DNA from: Octopus sinensis
Taxonomy: Eukaryota
Reading direction: 5' to 3'
DNA length: 64,000 nt
NCBI RefSeq assembly: GCF_006345805.1
Contig: NC_042997.1
Location: 126,666,001-126,730,000, forward strand
Part shown: piece after piece, positions 1 through 14,219 of the stretch
How the letters are laid out: each line of letters begins with the position of its first letter
Numbering within the stretch: the first letter of the stretch is position 1
Notes under the pieces: model-generated
The model's input: the letters and a program-made list of their open reading frames with translations, nothing else
Databases searched by the model: none
What the model was told of the DNA's origin: nothing
Position numbers and translations under genes: made by a program

Positions 1-42
<42 letters not shown>

Positions 43-72
43 TATCCATCCATCCGTCCATCCATCTATGTA

Positions 73-110
<38 letters not shown>

Positions 111-890
111 CACACACAAGTTGCTTTTACACAGTTTCTGTCTATCAAATTCACTGACAGAGCATTTGTCAGCATAAGTTGCCACACAGTGGGACTGAAC
201 TCAAAATCCTGTGGCTGCAAAACAAGCTTCTTAACTACACAGCCAAGTCTGTGCCTGTCATTATATTTCTGAATTCAAACCTTACCAATGTTGCTCTGCC
301 TTTCATCCTTTGAAGTGGTGGTGGCAGTGGTGGGGTGGTCAACAAAATCTTTACCTGGTGGGTACCAGATCAATCTAATCATCCCTCCTACTCATATCCA
401 CTCACACAAATCCATACCCAGCCTCCTCTCTAATATTCACCCATACAAATTCAAGGTCTCATATCTATGCTGAGGAAAAAGTGTCAATTTGAAGTGCAAA
501 AAATGAAAGAAAATATATATATATTTATGCTGTTGTCAGCTGAAACACCTTTTCTGAAGTTTTGTAGACATTATAGTGAAAACTGCAGGGAATCTTAGCC
601 TAGTTGAAGATGTACTAATTAAGCTACAAAGCTTTTATTACATACTTACCTCTTGCTCAATCACCCTTCTTATTATTTACTTCTCTTAATTAACAGTTTT
701 GTCGTGTATGAATACATCTTTAATTACTTTAGCTTGCTTTGATGTAAAAATATTAAACTCATTATCAATGTCTTTATCTTTAAAAACAAAAATGTCTGCT
801 AAACATAAATAAAAATGTTTCTTCTGCTTCTATTTCGTCATAAAGATAGTAAATTTAATGTGCTTTTGTTATTGATATTATTATTATTAA

Positions 891-948
<58 letters not shown>

Positions 949-2671
949 GAGGTGGCAAGCTGATAGAATTGTTAGCGCATTGGATGGAATGCTTAGCAGT
1001 ATTTTGTCCTTTGCTGCATTTTGTGTTCAAATTCTACCAAGGTTGACTTTGGCTTTCATCCTTCGGGGTCGATAGACTAAGTACCAGTTGAACACAGAGG
1101 TCAACATAATTGACTCATCCCCTCCCCCATAATTGTTGCCCTTGTGGAAAAATTTGAAACCATTATTATAATTATTACAATTAAGGTGATGGGCTGGTAG
1201 AATAAATAGCATGTCAGACAACATGATTAGAGACGTTTTTTACAGTGTTCTTTTTTTACTTTCTGAGTTCAAATTCCACTGAGGTCAGTATTGCCTTTCG
1301 ACCTTTCAGGATGGATAAAATAAAGAATAAGTGAAGAAGTGAGGCTGATGTCATTGACTAACCTCCCCACTTAAAATTGCTGACCTTGTGCTAAAATTTG
1401 AAACAATTATTATTATTTGTAAGGCAGTAAGGTGACAGAATTGTTAGTACCTTGGACAAAATACATAGTGACTGCCTGAATGGCACCCATGCCAGTGTCA
1501 TGTAAAAAGTACCATTCGAACATGGTCAATGCCAGTCCCATCGAAAAAACACCATATGAGCATGGTTGATACCAGTGCTGCCTGACTAGTCCCATACTGG
1601 TGGCATGCATGTAAAAAGAACCATTTGAATGTGGTCATCGTCAGTACCGCCTGACTGGCCCTTGTGCCAGTGGCACATAAAAGCACCATTCAAGCATGGT
1701 TGATGCCAGTGCCACCTGACTGGCCCCCATGCTCGTGGCATGTAAAAAGCACCCACTACACTCTTGGAGTGGTTGGCATCAGGAAGGGCATCCTGCTGTA
1801 GAAACCTTGCCAGATCAGATTGGAGTCTGGTGCAGCCTCCTGGGTTGCCAGTCCTCAGTCAAAACTTCCAACCCATGCCAGCATGGAATGTGGATATTAA
1901 ACAATGATGATAATGACGATGATGATGCATTTCTTTTGCCACTTTATATTCTGAATTTGTTGTACTATGGTCAACTTTACCTTTGATCTTTCAGGGTCAA
2001 TAAAATAAGGACCAGTCAAGTTTTGGAATTGATGTAATCAACTAACGCTTTATCTTAAAATTGCTGACCATGTGCCAAAATTTGTAACAATTATTATTAT
2101 TAATATAAAGACTGTGAAAGGCGGCGAGCTGGCAGAAACGTTAGCACGCCGGGTGAAATGCGTAGCGGTATTTCGTCTGCTGCTACGTTCTGAGTTCAAA
2201 TTTTGCCGAGGTCGACTTTGCTTTTCATCCTTTCGGGGTCGATAAATTAAATGCCAGTTACACACTGGGGTCGATGTAATTGACTTAATTCCTTTGTCTG
2301 TCCTTGTTTGTCCCCTCTATGTTTAGCCCCTTGTGGGCAATAAAGAAATAAGAATCATTAGCATGCTGGGCGAAATGCTTAGCGGTATTTCATCTGTCTT
2401 AATGTTCTGAGTTCAAATTTCACCGAAGTTGACTTTGCTTTTCATCCTTTTAGAGTCGATAAATTAAGTACCAGTTGCATACAGGGGTTGCTCTAATCAA
2501 CTGGCCCCCTTCCCCAAAATTTCAGGCCTTTAGTAGAAAGGATTATTATATAGGCCTTGTGCTTCGAGTATAAAGGATTCTTGTTGTTGTTGTTGTTGTT
2601 GTTGTTATTATTATCATTATTATTATTATCAATATTATTGTCACTGTTGTTTTTTGTTTTTGTTTTTCCAG

Positions 2672-2812
2672 TCATCAGACCCTCTTAAGCAGTACCTGCA
2701 GAGAAATATGGCCACACTTCAACAGTGCTTACACGAATCAGTATACAGTTTAATGGTACAAGAACTTTGGCAGACTTCCATCAAGATCATGGAACAACAG
2801 ATGATGGTTGGC
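2672..2812 (+). CDS. BAIAP3: Exon of BAIAP3/Munc13-4-like gene (MUN domain, C-terminal part)
   Basis: Polypyrimidine tract + ttccAG acceptor at 2670-2671; GTAAGT donor at 2813. 141 nt, phase 0-0, SSDPLKQYLQRNMATLQQCLHESVYSLMVQELWQTSIKIMEQQMMVG; helical pattern resembles the MHD2 region of Munc13-4/BAIAP3 and joins in frame to the downstream exons. Confidence 0.75.
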
Positions 2813-3207
2813 GTAAGTAAACAAACATACAACTAGTGTGGTGGTCCTGTCCCTGGTGGTCTACCAAACCACCAAGAGGCCTCCCAACTCTTCTTCAACT
2901 ACTGTAATAATTCTATTGGGACATGACATATAACATGTAACTCTAGCTAACCCAGGATGGTAATAGTTTAAACAGGAAGAATGAATTTACTGTAAATTGA
3001 TAGCTGGAGAAATGTAGCCGAGCTAAAAGCAGAAATATTGATTCGAGTACGATTTTGCTGTTATTTATGGTGACTGGATTTTAAAATATCAGTTACATCC
3101 ATTGCAATAAATGCCCTTAAAATGAAAGGAGTCAGAAAGAAACTATTGTTTTAGGGATTAAGGAAGCAGAGTGTATATCATCATCGTCATCATCATCGTC
3201 ATCATCG

Positions 3208-3253
<46 letters not shown>

Positions 3254-3311
3254 TGTCGTCTAACATCCATGCTCTATGCTGTCATGGGTTGCGTGTATAT
3301 GTGTGTGTGTG

Positions 3312-3351
<40 letters not shown>

Positions 3352-6300
3352 CTATTGTGTGTGTGTGTGTATATATATTTGTGTGTGCATGTGAATATAC
3401 ATATATGCACACATGCTTATACACACACACACATATATATATATAAATAAATATAGATATATATGCATATACACAAAGACACACACGCATATACATATAC
3501 ATACATTACATACATACATATGTATATATATACACACACATGCACACACACACACATGCACGCACGCACACACACACACGCACACACACGCACACACATT
3601 CACATACTCATATTTATTGAACTTTCTATTTTAAATTCTGTTTCCTCAACTACCATGGGTAAGGTGGGTGGTTCTGAAAATGTTTTTTTAGAAACATTGC
3701 CTTAGCTATTTTCATAGCTTGTGTCTTTCCAGTGACAAACACGAAAGGAGAAAATGAAGTAACATGCCTTACCTAAAAGAAACAACACAATGACAGCCAA
3801 GCAAATAAGAGATAATCTATGATCTCATTTGATTGACTAGAAATAACAGCCGAAGTTTTGTATTACACTCTACCATCTTACACAAAAAAAAAGTGGGGAC
3901 TTATTAAATTTCGTTGTGTCTTGGGAGGGTCATCATGCCAATAATAAATACATGCACTGGTTCTATTTCACTTCGTTATTGTTTATTTGTCAACTGGTTG
4001 ACTATAATGTTGAGTTAGATACATTAAACTATAGTGGTTCTCAGGTAGCAAATTGGCTGAGTGGTTAAAGGAGTGGATAGGATAATTTGTGGTATGTGTT
4101 CCAGATTTCTGTGTACTGAGTTCAAATCCTGCCAAGGTTGACTTTATTTTTCATCCTTTCTGGTTTAATAAACAAGTTATGCCATTTCTCAGGAATTAAT
4201 TTTATGAAATTGTTAAAGCATCAGATATGATGACTTGTGGTATCTGTTTTGGCTTTTGACTACCTTCTGAGTTCAAATCCCACCTATTGGTGTCACTGGA
4301 AAAAAACCCCTAAAAAACTGAAAGTGACACTGCTGTTAGTTTGATGGGTGTATAATAACAGCAATTGCATAACCAATAGAAGCATAACTTTCTTGATTTG
4401 ATTCAAAAGTGATCATAATATTTCATTTTTGGATTTGGTTTGCAAGATTCTTTATGTGAGTTCATGTGTTGAAGCATATTCTGTTGTGTCTGGGGAGAAT
4501 CATTTTCTTTTTGTGCCTTATAGTTTAACACACTCACCGGTAAAATTTCCACTTATTTCTTATTTTTATTTTCCTATAATTTTCGTTGCATCTTGCAACC
4601 TTTTTAATAGTCTTGATAATAAGATACATTATTCTATTAGGAGCTTAGGGCTGGTTTCCTGGTCTCTCTGGCATCGATATTCCTCTTGCTGGAAGGGAAG
4701 CTGGCCCATCACAGGATTATTCATGCTTACCAGTTGAGTGGACTGGAACAATGTGAAATAAAGTGTTTTATTCAAGAACACAATACACTGTCCAGTCCAG
4801 GAACTGAAACCACAATCCTGTGATCATGAGTCCAACACCCTGACCACTAAGTTATGTGCCTCCATTAGCATAATATAATATTAAAGTAGAAATTGGAGCT
4901 CTGTGCCTCTGCAAAGTCTTCCATTCTGTCTGACCCCATTGAATTATCCAACCCATGGAAGACAGATGTCTCAAGCAAACACCTTTTGATATATACTCTC
5001 TTTTACTTGTTTCAGTCATTTGACTGTGGCCATGCTGGAGCACCGCCTTTAGTCGAGCAAATCAACCCCAGGACTTATTCTTTGTAAGCCTAGTACTTAT
5101 TCTATCGGTCTCTTATGCCGAACTGTTAAGTTACGGGGACATATACACACCAGCATCGGTTGTCAAATGATGTCGGGGGGACAAACACAGACACACAAAC
5201 ACATACACACACATATATATATACATATACATATATACGACAAGCTTCTTTCAGTTTCTGTCTACCAAATCCACTCACAAGGCTTTGGTCGGCCCGAGGC
5301 TATAGTAGAAGACACTTGCCCAAGGTGCCACGCAGTGGGACTGAACCCAGAAATATGTGGCTGGTAAGCAAGCTACTCCTGCACCTGTGCAATGCTTTTG
5401 CTAATTGTATTTAATTGCCATTGTTGTCATGAGAAAATACAAACACCATCTAAGCCTCTTATTCTTGACTCTGTGGAGCATTCAGAGTATGACAGCTTGA
5501 GGGCTGCACCAGCACCTCAGATGTTACTCATTTTCAGTTGAGTAAACTGGGGAAAATGTAAAATGATTCATTACAACAGATTTGCTATGGCTGGTTGCCC
5601 TTCCTATTGCTAACCCTCACCTATTTCCGGGTAAGGCAATATTTACCCCAGGCAAGACATAAAGATAAGACTGCATTAGTATGAGGATGATGTTTAATGA
5701 CAATCACCATTTAACGTCCACCTTCCATGCGGGTATGAGTTGGACGGTTTGACTGAAAACTGATAAGCCGGGGGCGAGGTGTTGGGTGGGGGTCTGCACC
5801 AGGTCTCCATCTGATTTGGTAAGGTTTCTATGGCTGGATGCCCTTCCTCATGCCAACCACTCCGAGAGTGTAGTGGGTGTTTTTTATGTGCCACCTGCAT
5901 GAGTGCCATTTATCTGACACCGGTATTGACCACGATTATGATCTCACTTGGCTTGACAAGTGAGATTGCAGTTATCGCTGAGCATATAATATCTAGACAA
6001 GGAAACATCCAAACACACACACACACCACACACACACACACATACACACACACATGCACTAACCCAACAGGCTTCTTTCAGAGTGGACTGTGCTGTTGAT
6101 GTGGTACCAGCTCAGGCGAGGTCAGTTTTGGCATGGTTTTTACAGCTGGATGTCCTTCCAAATGCCAACCACTTTACAGTGTGGGCTGGATGCTTTTTAA
6201 GTGACGCCAGCAAGACAAAGATCCTTTGAGAGAGGAGGGAGCATTGTCTTTGTGTGTGTGTGTGTGTTTGTCTTCCACCACTGCTTTAGAACTGGTATTG

Positions 6301-6854
6301 GTGTGTTACCCAGGTGTAGCAATAACAAAAAAACAAAAAGATACTGGGGTCGATTCATTCCACTAAAAATACTTCAAGGCAGTGCTCCAGCATGGCCAAA
6401 ATCTAATAATGACTGAAACAAGTAAAAGATAAAAGATGAAACATATATACATATATATATATATACATAGGCATAGGGGTGGCTGTGTTCAGTCCCACTG
6501 CATGGCACTGTGGGAAAGTGTCTTCTACTATAGCCTCAAGCTGACCAAAGCCTTGTGAATGGATTTGGTAGACAGAAACTGAAAAAAACCCATCGTATAT
6601 GTGTGTGTGTGTGTGTGTGCGTGTGTATGTTTGTGTGTCTGTGTTTGTCCCTCCCAGCATCGCTTCACAACCAGTGCTGGTGTGTTTACATCCCCGTAAC
6701 TTATCAGTTTGGCAAAAGAGGCCGATAGAATAAGTACTAGGCTTACAAAGAATAAGTTCTAGGGTCAATTTGCTCGACTAAAGGCAGTGCTCCAGCATGG
6801 CTGCATTCAAATGACTGAAAAAAGGAAAAGAAAGAAAAAAAGAAAAGAAAGAAA

Positions 6855-6892
<38 letters not shown>

Positions 6893-7200
6893 TAAGATTT
6901 TGTTGCCCACCACATCTTCATGTAACATTTACTTATGTAGCATACAATGTGGTAACACAATACTTTAGCCATGAGTTAGATAGATAGATACATAGATACA
7001 TAGATAGAGAGGGAGAGAGATTCTTTCTGTTCTCTTGGCTTTATCAGCATTAAAGTAAAATGTTCTTCAACAAACTTTCCACCATCTCTAAACTGGAAGC
7101 TACATACGTTTTCTGAAACTTTGGGCCATTTTTCTCTTTGACAAAAATGTGTGAAAGGTCGCAGCTAGAGCTCTAATTCAATAACAAAGTTCTAGCGGGT

Positions 7201-7274
<74 letters not shown>

Positions 7275-8479
7275 GTATGTTTATATACACACACATATAT
7301 ATACATATACATATATACATATATATATACATATAAACACATAATTATATAAATACGTATATATATATGTGTGTGTGTGTGTGCATCATCATCTATATAT
7401 AAATCTCTGTTGATTAATTCTTGTGTATTTTAGATAAATTTTTGATGAAGCTCACAACTGATTCTCTTGTTAGGTGATAGATTCTTAAAACTAATGAATA
7501 TTGACCCGATTATTAATTCTGAATTGGTGTGAGGCCTTAACGTCCCCTGAGGAGCAAAGAGGGGATTGATGATAAATACACTAACAACAACAACAACAAC
7601 AAAAACAACAGCAATAATAATAATAATAATGATGGCAATAATGATTGATGACGATGGTGGTGGTAGTGGTGGTGGTGGAGAAAGAAAAGGGTGAGGAGGT
7701 GGTGGTGGTTTTGGTGGTGACAGTACCTTCTGTGAGAGCTGATTGTTTTATAGCTGTTGGGATAGATGTTTAACCTCTTAAGTAGTCTCAACTATGACAC
7801 GACTGCCCCATTATTCTAACCTCTAATGGAAAACTAAAGCTGCAGACACACTTATTTATTGGCCAAACATGTGTGAGAGACATGAAAACGCTACCAGCCT
7901 ATATATACTTTAACCTTATTAGCAGCTGTAAACTCAGCAAGATCTTTTACATTGAATTGATCATTAATAGATTTTTATCAATAACCAATCAGAAATGAAT
8001 CAATGCTGTATCTATAGTCTGGTATTAAAAGTAGAAGCTGGTGGTACCATGAGACAGAGTAACAGTGATTTTTGCCTTTATTTCTAATATAATTTGTGTT
8101 AATGTAGACCATCATTTGCTTTCCAAATTGCACTTTCTTTATCATCAATCTGCTGGCTATCCAACCAATTCCGATGATGATTTTAATCGTTGATTTGACT
8201 GCTCTAAGAACAAGCATGGCTGTGTGATTAAGAATTTGCTTGACAATCATATGATGTGGAGTTCAGAGCTACCGTGTGGCTACTCTGGCAAATGTCTTCT
8301 ATTCTAGCCATGGGCTGAATAAAGTTTTGTACAGACAAACTGAAAGAAGTTCATTTGTAAACATACATACATACATACATGCATACATACATACATACAT
8401 ACATGCATACATACATACATACATACATGATGATGGCTGCCCCCTCGTTATTGAGTATGGCCATTGCACGAAGCATAAC

Positions 8480-9140
8480 TGTTATTGGTGCTGTGATCGA
8501 ATGTGACTTTTTAGCCCAGCTAAAGATCTACGATGTCTTGTACAGAATTGGCAGCTAAAACCTCTACCGGTAATAGCCGGCTATAGTTGTAACTGGGCTT
8601 CATGTACCTTTGCATGTCGTTTAAGTCCTCCTGCCGAATTACACTCTCTTCCACATGCCCGACAGGTATGATTAGTATGGTGTGTAACACCACCAATAGT
8701 GGCCAGGTTGTAACTCGCCTGTCTTGCTTTATGACTACGAAGATGACTCTTGAGTCCAGCTTTACTGAGGCAGGGTCTTGCCTCAGTAAACATACATACA
8801 TACACTAAAGAAAATATGGTCCTTGAAACTCTTTGTATTCAATAAAACTGTGGCCCACAATGTGTTTGCAGTGACAGTACTCATACCAACATTTAGGCTG
8901 CTTGACTGGATGCTTGATGAAATCTGAGCCATTGATGTGAAAACCTGGAAGATACTAACCAGTACACATAATTTCCACATCAACAATGACATCGTCTGCC
9001 TCTACCTGAAACAAAAACAATGGACTGCCTTTGACTGTTGTATCATATCCCTTCAGCAACATCTTTTAACCACCAAGTGTCGAATTGTATCCCTTGACCA
9101 AGTTTGCATAGATAAGGATGTAACATCATGAGACTTGGAA
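8480..9140 (-). mobile_element. Decayed LINE-like fragment ending in three tandem C2H2 zinc fingers
   Basis: Minus strand: PCLSKAGLKSHLRSH; CRACGRECNSAGGLKRHAKVH; after a frameshift CQFCTRHRRSLAGLKSHIRSQH. 8810-9140 has only weak residual RTE-like similarity. Confidence 0.55.
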
Positions 9141-9149
9141 AGCAGCTCC

Positions 9150-9530
9150 TTGAGCAGCATTCCTTATCTGATAACCTTAAATAAATGCCTAAAGAAGTCA
9201 CATGACTTTACCGCAACATATCATCAGATGAAGGGATGAGTGTATATCAGCAGAAGACCATTCATGGATATGTTAGTAGAAAGCTCCAAGATGATAGTAA
9301 CATTGATCAAAGCAGTCTATCATGGACCAACAACTGGATTACTACCTCTCATTCTGAAGGGTATGTGTTTGCAATCTAGGAGCAGGAAATATCAACCAAA
9401 TACCTGATGCACAAAAAGGACAGAGATGTAGGAAAAGTAGCAAAATGTGATAACCGATGCAGACTTTATAGAGTTATCACCAAAGATAACACTTCTTCTG
9501 TGAAAACATGTCCTCCGATGGGAAAATATT
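9150..9530 (+). mobile_element. R4/Dong-like non-LTR retrotransposon fragment (pre-CCHC region)
   Basis: From 9245: YQQKTIHGYVSRK..SLSWTNNWITTSHSEGYVFAI*EQEISTKYLMHK..CDNRCRL, matching the KxxHG..SxxW..EGFxxAIQDQxIxT..CRxC pattern of R4-clade ORFs. Confidence 0.65.
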
Positions 9531-10220
9531 ACCTTCCTTGGAAACAGGTGAAAGTTGGTGACAGGAAGGGCATTCAGCCATGAAACAGCAGATATTAAAA
9601 CAATGATGATTCTACCAGTGCTAGTGACTAACCTCTTAATAGTGGTGACTATCCTAACAATTTGACTGACTGTTCTACCAATTACACCAACTGTCCTGCT
9701 AATTCTAGTTACTATCTATCGATTCTGTTGATTATTTTTAATAACTCTGCTATCAATTTTGCTGTCTTTTTACTATTTATGTCTTATCTATAAATTCTAG
9801 TGTCTATCACAGTTATACTTCAAACTATCTTATCAATCAACTGACTGTTCTACAAATTCTAGTGATAGTACTATCAATTCCGTTGACTAACCTAGCACTT
9901 CTGATGGCTACCTTACCAGTTCATCTGATTATGCAATTGCTTGAGTGACAGTTCTACATTTAAATAAATTCTGGAGACTTTTCTCCAATTCTACTAACTA
10001 GCTGACTAATTCTATTGATGGTCCTTCTAATTCTAATGACTATTCTTATTTACTTAGTAATGTCTTGCAATATACAATGAAGTAATTGTAAAACTATGAA
10101 CTCCAAGGGTGGGGGAGCTTTATGTTAGGAGATGAAGAGTAGAGAGGGGTAAAGTACGAGAAAGAAAGGCCATAGCAAAACAGATTTCTTGCTGTATGAA
10201 ATATAATACATTTGTGTGTG

Positions 10221-10306
<86 letters not shown>

Positions 10307-10349
10307 TAATAATAATAATGATAATAATGATAATAATAATAATAACGCA

Positions 10350-10878
10350 ATAGTGTAGCACAATATATCCATTAGAAGATATGTAAACACCACCAGCTTC
10401 CAACTTCAGAAAGATGGTACCAGCATAAACCTGAAACTGTGACCAGAAAAGATGATGTAACAGTACTCTGGAACATGTCAATCAACACTGATAAAGAAAT
10501 CAAGGCAAACAGGCTGGTCATAATCATCAAAGATGGGAAGAATAAGAAATGCTTATTGATAGATGTGACAGTACCATCAGAGAGAAATGTGTCCATTAAA
10601 GAAGTTGAGAAGTTATTTAAGTACAAAGACCTAGAAATAGAAGTGACCAGGATGTGGGGAAATAAAAGCAGTACAGCACCAGTGGTGATTGGAGCATTAT
10701 GGCTAATTAAAAAGGGCCTTGATAAGCAGCTCAGCAAACTCCCTTGCAGTGTTAACGTGAGAGAACTTCAGAAAATAGTGTTGCTAGGTTCTGCACACAT
10801 TTTATGCTGTGTACTCTCCATGAGATGAGGACCTGCTGTGACCCTAGGGTCAAGGGATGACCCCAGTTCAGCAGAAGG
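10350..10878 (+). mobile_element. R4/Dong-like LINE 3' end (restriction-like endonuclease), flanked by (TAA)n
   Basis: ORF 10439-10828: VLWNMSINTDKEIKANRLVIIIKD..CLLIDVTVP..EK..KYKDL..PVVIGAL..LQK.VLLGSAHIL; (TAA)n at about 10205-10345 and 10878-10975. Confidence 0.85.
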
Positions 10879-10896
10879 CAACAGACCATATTTTAT

Positions 10897-10969
<73 letters not shown>

Positions 10970-10975
10970 TAATAA

Positions 10976-11520
10976 TCTGTTTCCAACGATGCCTTTGGGT
11001 TTACTGATAATCAGAGCAAAAAATTGGTATTACCACAAACCCGAAGGCATCATTGAAAATAAAAATGCAAAGATCCTATGAGATTTTATGATTCAGTGCG
11101 ACCATGAGATTGAGAATAAGAAGTTAGACATAGTCTTAATTGAGAAAGAAAACAACCTATGCTGGATCATAGATATAGCATGCCCAGCTGATAACAAAGT
11201 ATGCAATAAGGAAGAGAGAAAAGTTGAGAGATATGACAGGTTAGCTTTGGTGGTTAAGCAGTTGTGGTGAATGAAAAAGGTAGCAGTAGTACCAATAATT
11301 GTCGGAGCCTTGGGAATAGTGAGCAAAAACCTTGAGAAGTACATGGAACAAATAGGGGCTGCAATAAGAGTGGCGCACTTGCAGAAAGCAACACTGCTTG
11401 GAACCGCCTGAATACTCTGGAAGGTGCTCAAAAATAAGAGGTGTTACCTCAGTTCACTGGTAGTGAACAGCTGACATTGCAGTACATCTCCAGTGTTAGA
11501 AGCTTTGCAAAGGCAATCAT
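10976..11520 (+). mobile_element. Second R4/Dong-like LINE 3' end (different subfamily)
   Basis: WYYHKPEGIIENKNAKIL..DF.IQCDHEIENKKLDIVLIEK..WIIDIACP..KVERYDRL..VPIIVGALG; ends in (TAA)n at about 11520. Confidence 0.8.
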
Positions 11521-11724
11521 AATAATAATAATAATGAACTTATTGTATACAGTGCTCAGGTAAAGAAATAAGAAGCTTGCTTCCCAACCACATGGTTCCA
11601 TGTTCAGTCCCACTGTGTGGCACCTTGGGCAAGTGTACCCTACAATAACCTCAGCTGACCAAATCCTTGCGAGTGGATTTGGTAGATGGAAACTGAAAGA
11701 AGTCTATCATATATATATACATAT

Positions 11725-11770
<46 letters not shown>

Positions 11771-11774
<4 letters not shown>

Positions 11775-11972
11775 GTGGCCCAAAAGTAGATTTACAGTTA
11801 TCACATAGGCACTTTAAATTTCTTTTAAAACATTTAAATTTCTATCTTACAATTAACTAAATTAGCATGGAATAATGGTTTCATATGTTTTTATAATTAA
11901 GATCTAAACCGTTAATATATGAATGCAATAGACATAGTTGAATAACTATAAACCTACTTTTGGGTCACCCTG
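11771..11972. mobile_element. Tc1/mariner-type MITE inserted in the (TA)n centre of a SINE
   Basis: TIRs cagagtggcccaaaagtagatttacagtta / taactataaacctacttttgggtcaccctg with TA on both sides. Confidence 0.8.
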
Positions 11973-13355
11973 TATATGTATATACATATATATATGTGTG
12001 TGTATTTGTGTGTCTGTGATTGTCCACCACCATCGCTTGACAACCAATGTTGGTGTGTTTACATCCCTGTAACTTAGTGGTTCAGAAAAAGAGGCTGATA
12101 GAATAAGTACTAGGCTCACAAAGAATAAGTCTTGGGGCCGATTTGTTCAACTAAAGGTGGTGCTCCATCATGGCCACAGTCAAATAACTGAAACAAGTAA
12201 AAGAATTGTATGTGGAAAGACCTTTGCTGCAGAAGTTAATTGAAATTGCCAGGGAGTATTATTTTACCAACAAAAAATCCTTAATTTTAAACTCATTCAT
12301 ATATCAATGATCCCTTGACAGTTTAATTTAAACATTCCTTAATCATTTTGTGACCACGTTTTAAATGAAATACACCGTTTCAAATAATTTCAAAAACAAC
12401 AAAGAATTCAGTAAGATTTTATAAAATAATTAACTTTTCCATCTATTGGTGTTTGTTGCTAGGAGACCTATGGTCAAAGCCATTCCATCTCTGAACATCC
12501 CTAGATTAATCAATGTATCCTTTATTTACAAAGGGTGGCCTAGAGTTTAGGGTATTGCACTCATGATCGTAAGATCGTGGTTTCAGTACCCAGAGTGGGC
12601 ACTGCTTTGTGTTCTTGAGCAAAACACTTCATTTCACATTGCTCTCGTCCACTCACCTGTAAATAAGTTGAAGCAATAACTAGGAATTTAACTCTTTGAT
12701 GGGTTAGCATCCTGTTCAGTCGGGTGTGAAGTAATTTCAATCAATTATATGCCATGAAAATCTACATCGAAGAGGCCAGGGAACAGAAGAAAAAAGAAAG
12801 AAGACATGCACCCAACACCAGAGCTGAAGACATCTCCGAAAAGGGGTAGGGGGTCGCCACGTCAAAACGGTAGAGAAGTAGGGCCGAAACCGGACGTGGT
12901 TCCTCCTGATGATGTCTTGAGCTAACTGGATCCTATAAAGGTGCTGTTGCAGTAGCAGACCACAAAACACGGTTGAAATTCCTGAGTTAACGCCTTAGCT
13001 TTATGGCTCCCAGGGAATAGGATAAACAGAAGTAGAAGGATGTGTTGTGAGGGAGATTTCATTGCTAGTTATTTCTAGCAGGTTGAATGATTGCATAGAA
13101 GTTATCTTATTGGTTTATTAAGTTAGTGTTATCAACTGCACAAAAAGTTTCTGTATAAAATTATGATGCAAGATTTTGATTTAAACATAAATATAGATGT
13201 CAGCATGGTTGTGTGGTTAAGGAGTTTCCTTCTGGACTATGTGGTTTCAGGTTCAATTCCACTGCATGGCACTTCAGGCAAATGTGTTCTATTATATCTA
13301 TAGGCCAACTAAGGCCTTATGAGTGGATTTGGGAGATGGAAACTGTTTGAAACCA

Positions 13356-13433
<78 letters not shown>

Positions 13434-14219
13434 TGTGTGTGTGTGTGTGTATCTCTTTGTCTTGACACTGCTTGATAGTCGTTCATGAATATTATTCAAT
13501 TCTAGTATTCTGCTGGAATGTGCCTGGCCATGGAGAAATATTACCTTGCTTGGAAACAGGTAAGGGTTGGTGATGGGAAAAGCATCCAGATGTAGTAAAT
13601 CTGCCTCAATAAACACCATCAGACTCATACAAGCATGTAAAAATGGACAGTCAAATGATGATGATAAATATTCTGGTACAGTTTTGAATCACAGAACAAG
13701 AGATGGTCTCATGGGTTGGTGGTTTGGTATCATAATAGTCATAAACTCTAGGGCATTAATTTCAAATCATTCTATTATTTGTTTCAGTCATTTTGACTGT
13801 GGCCCATGCTGGAGCACTGCTTTTAGTCGAGCAAATCAACCCCAGGACTTATTCTTTGTAAGCCTAGTACTTATTCTATCGGTCACTTATGCCGAACCGC
13901 TTAGATGTCAAGCGATGTTCACACACACACACACATACGATGGGCTTCTTTCAGTTTCCGTCTACCAAATCCACTTACAAGGCTTTGGTCAGCTTGAGGC
14001 TATAGTAGAAGACACTTGCCCAAGGTGCCATGCAGTGGGACCGAACCTGGAACCATGTGGTTGGTTAGCAAGCTACTTACCACACAGCCACTCCTGCACC
14101 TATAAAAATGTTTAATTGTGAAGGCAACGTTGTTTTCTATTCTGTTTTTTTTTTTTGCTTATCCTTTATCTATTCTGCTGTATAACCATGGAACTGTTTC
14201 TTTTTCCCATTTTACACAG

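Noticed and set aside
2118-2200. Functional tRNA genes at SINE heads
   Set aside because: A/B boxes are present but there is no full cloverleaf, and each continues into a SINE body.
3253-3705. Numerous track ORFs rich in YI, HT, CV, poly-L, poly-Y or poly-N (here and at e.g. 37375-37943, 43473-43994, 49809-50282, 60413-60986)
   Set aside because: They are translations of TA/CA/TG/TAA microsatellites that lack stop codons; no coding evidence.
12820-12915. CTGAAGA, CTGATGA and two GAAA motifs clustered
   Set aside because: No arrangement gives paired stems I, II and III with a UH site.
13567-14115. 182-aa ORF, the longest in the track
   Set aside because: Runs through an antisense SINE-A copy; similar peptides (SVSVYQIH.QGFG) recur wherever this SINE occurs.
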